Shown: piece by piece, positions 63,270 through 64,000 of the stretch
Layout: each line of letters begins with the position of its first letter
Position numbering within the stretch: the stretch's first letter is position 1
Assembly (NCBI RefSeq): GCF_021869535.1
Contig: NW_026262690.1
Coordinates: 80,538,001-80,602,000, forward strand
Direction of reading: 5' to 3'
Source: Mytilus californianus
Taxonomy: Eukaryota
Length of the DNA: 64,000 nt
Made by a program: the position numbers and the translations under genes
The notes under the pieces: generated by a model
Seen by the model: the letters and a program-made list of their open reading frames with translations, nothing else
Database searches by the model: none
Told to the model about the DNA's origin: nothing

Positions 63270-63850
63270 AAACTGTCGACCTTTACATCTTTCTTATCTC
63301 TACCGGATACCCAAATTACATTATTTTCATAACAAGCATAGTTATATTGCTGCGTTTGCAAAATGCTCCACGAAACCTTTATCTAAACCATTTAAATCAA
63401 TTTTATCAGCAATCAAAACTGGGCTTAATAGTTACTGTCAACCTACCTATATATGGGAGGTATAAACCATATGTGCATACTAAAAAAATCTTAGATCTGT
63501 AAAAGTATTTACATGTCATCGACTTATGAGTTTGAATATCCTTTTGGTATTTTCCTACTAATTACATTTGTGTCATAACAAGCAACGTTATGCTGTTAAG
63601 TCTGCCTATTAATCCACCAAACCTTTATTTTAATTATTTACATCGATTTTATCAGCAATCAAAACCAGGCTTAAGATTTTCTGTCAACCTACCTATATAT
63701 GGGCGATGCAAATCATAATTATGTGGATAAAAAAATCTGTTTAAATACTTACATGAGTTTTGCGATCTAAACCCCTTTCCGATGCAATAATATAAAACAT
63801 TTGATTTCTTCACCTGTGCATTAATATTCCTCATAATCTGTTCAATAACT
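63270..63850 (+). mobile_element. Penelope-like RT N-terminal remnant with an internal duplication of about 55 bp
   Basis: RIPKLH..SYIAAFAKCSTKPLSK..ILSAIKTGL; later ILSAIK..CNNIK; duplicate at about 63400-63460 and 63645-63705. Confidence 0.7.
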
Positions 63851-64000
63851 TTGCACGTTCGATAGGACATAGTCACCAAGCGTTGCCTTATTCAATTAGA
63901 GGACATCGTCTTAAAGGCAGGACATAATGTTAAGGTACAGTACTAGCGGCTTTTCATTCTTCCTGAGATATTTTTGTCTACCTCATATGAATAAATTATT

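Overview
AT-rich eukaryotic genomic DNA. The repeat families (HINE-like elements with tandem repeats, hammerhead-ribozyme repeats, Penelope-like RT remnants) and a C1q-domain gene suggest a bivalve such as Mytilus; this is an inference, not a database result. The main structure is a tandem segmental duplication of a unit ordered C1qDC(+), OPA3-like A(-), OPA3-like B(+). The window holds four OPA3-like genes in two head-to-head pairs: A 11090-13567(-), B 17195-25052(+), A' 45132-53703(-), and B' 61685 onward (+, exon 2 outside the window). One three-exon C1q-domain gene (33021-35342) carries a frameshift, and a second C1qDC copy is predicted just left of position 1. The B-type genes have a doubled N-terminus with a basic cluster. 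All four genes share a 5' motif with an out-of-frame upstream AUG and a short intronic motif. The rest is mobile DNA: a decayed DIRS (tyrosine-recombinase) retrotransposon in the A' intron, a CR1/L2-like LINE fragment, Penelope-like RT and GIY-YIG remnants, HINE-like elements, Kolobok-type MITEs, SINEs and several minimal hammerhead ribozyme motifs, one apparently intact. All alignments were done by eye, so repeat boundaries are approximate.
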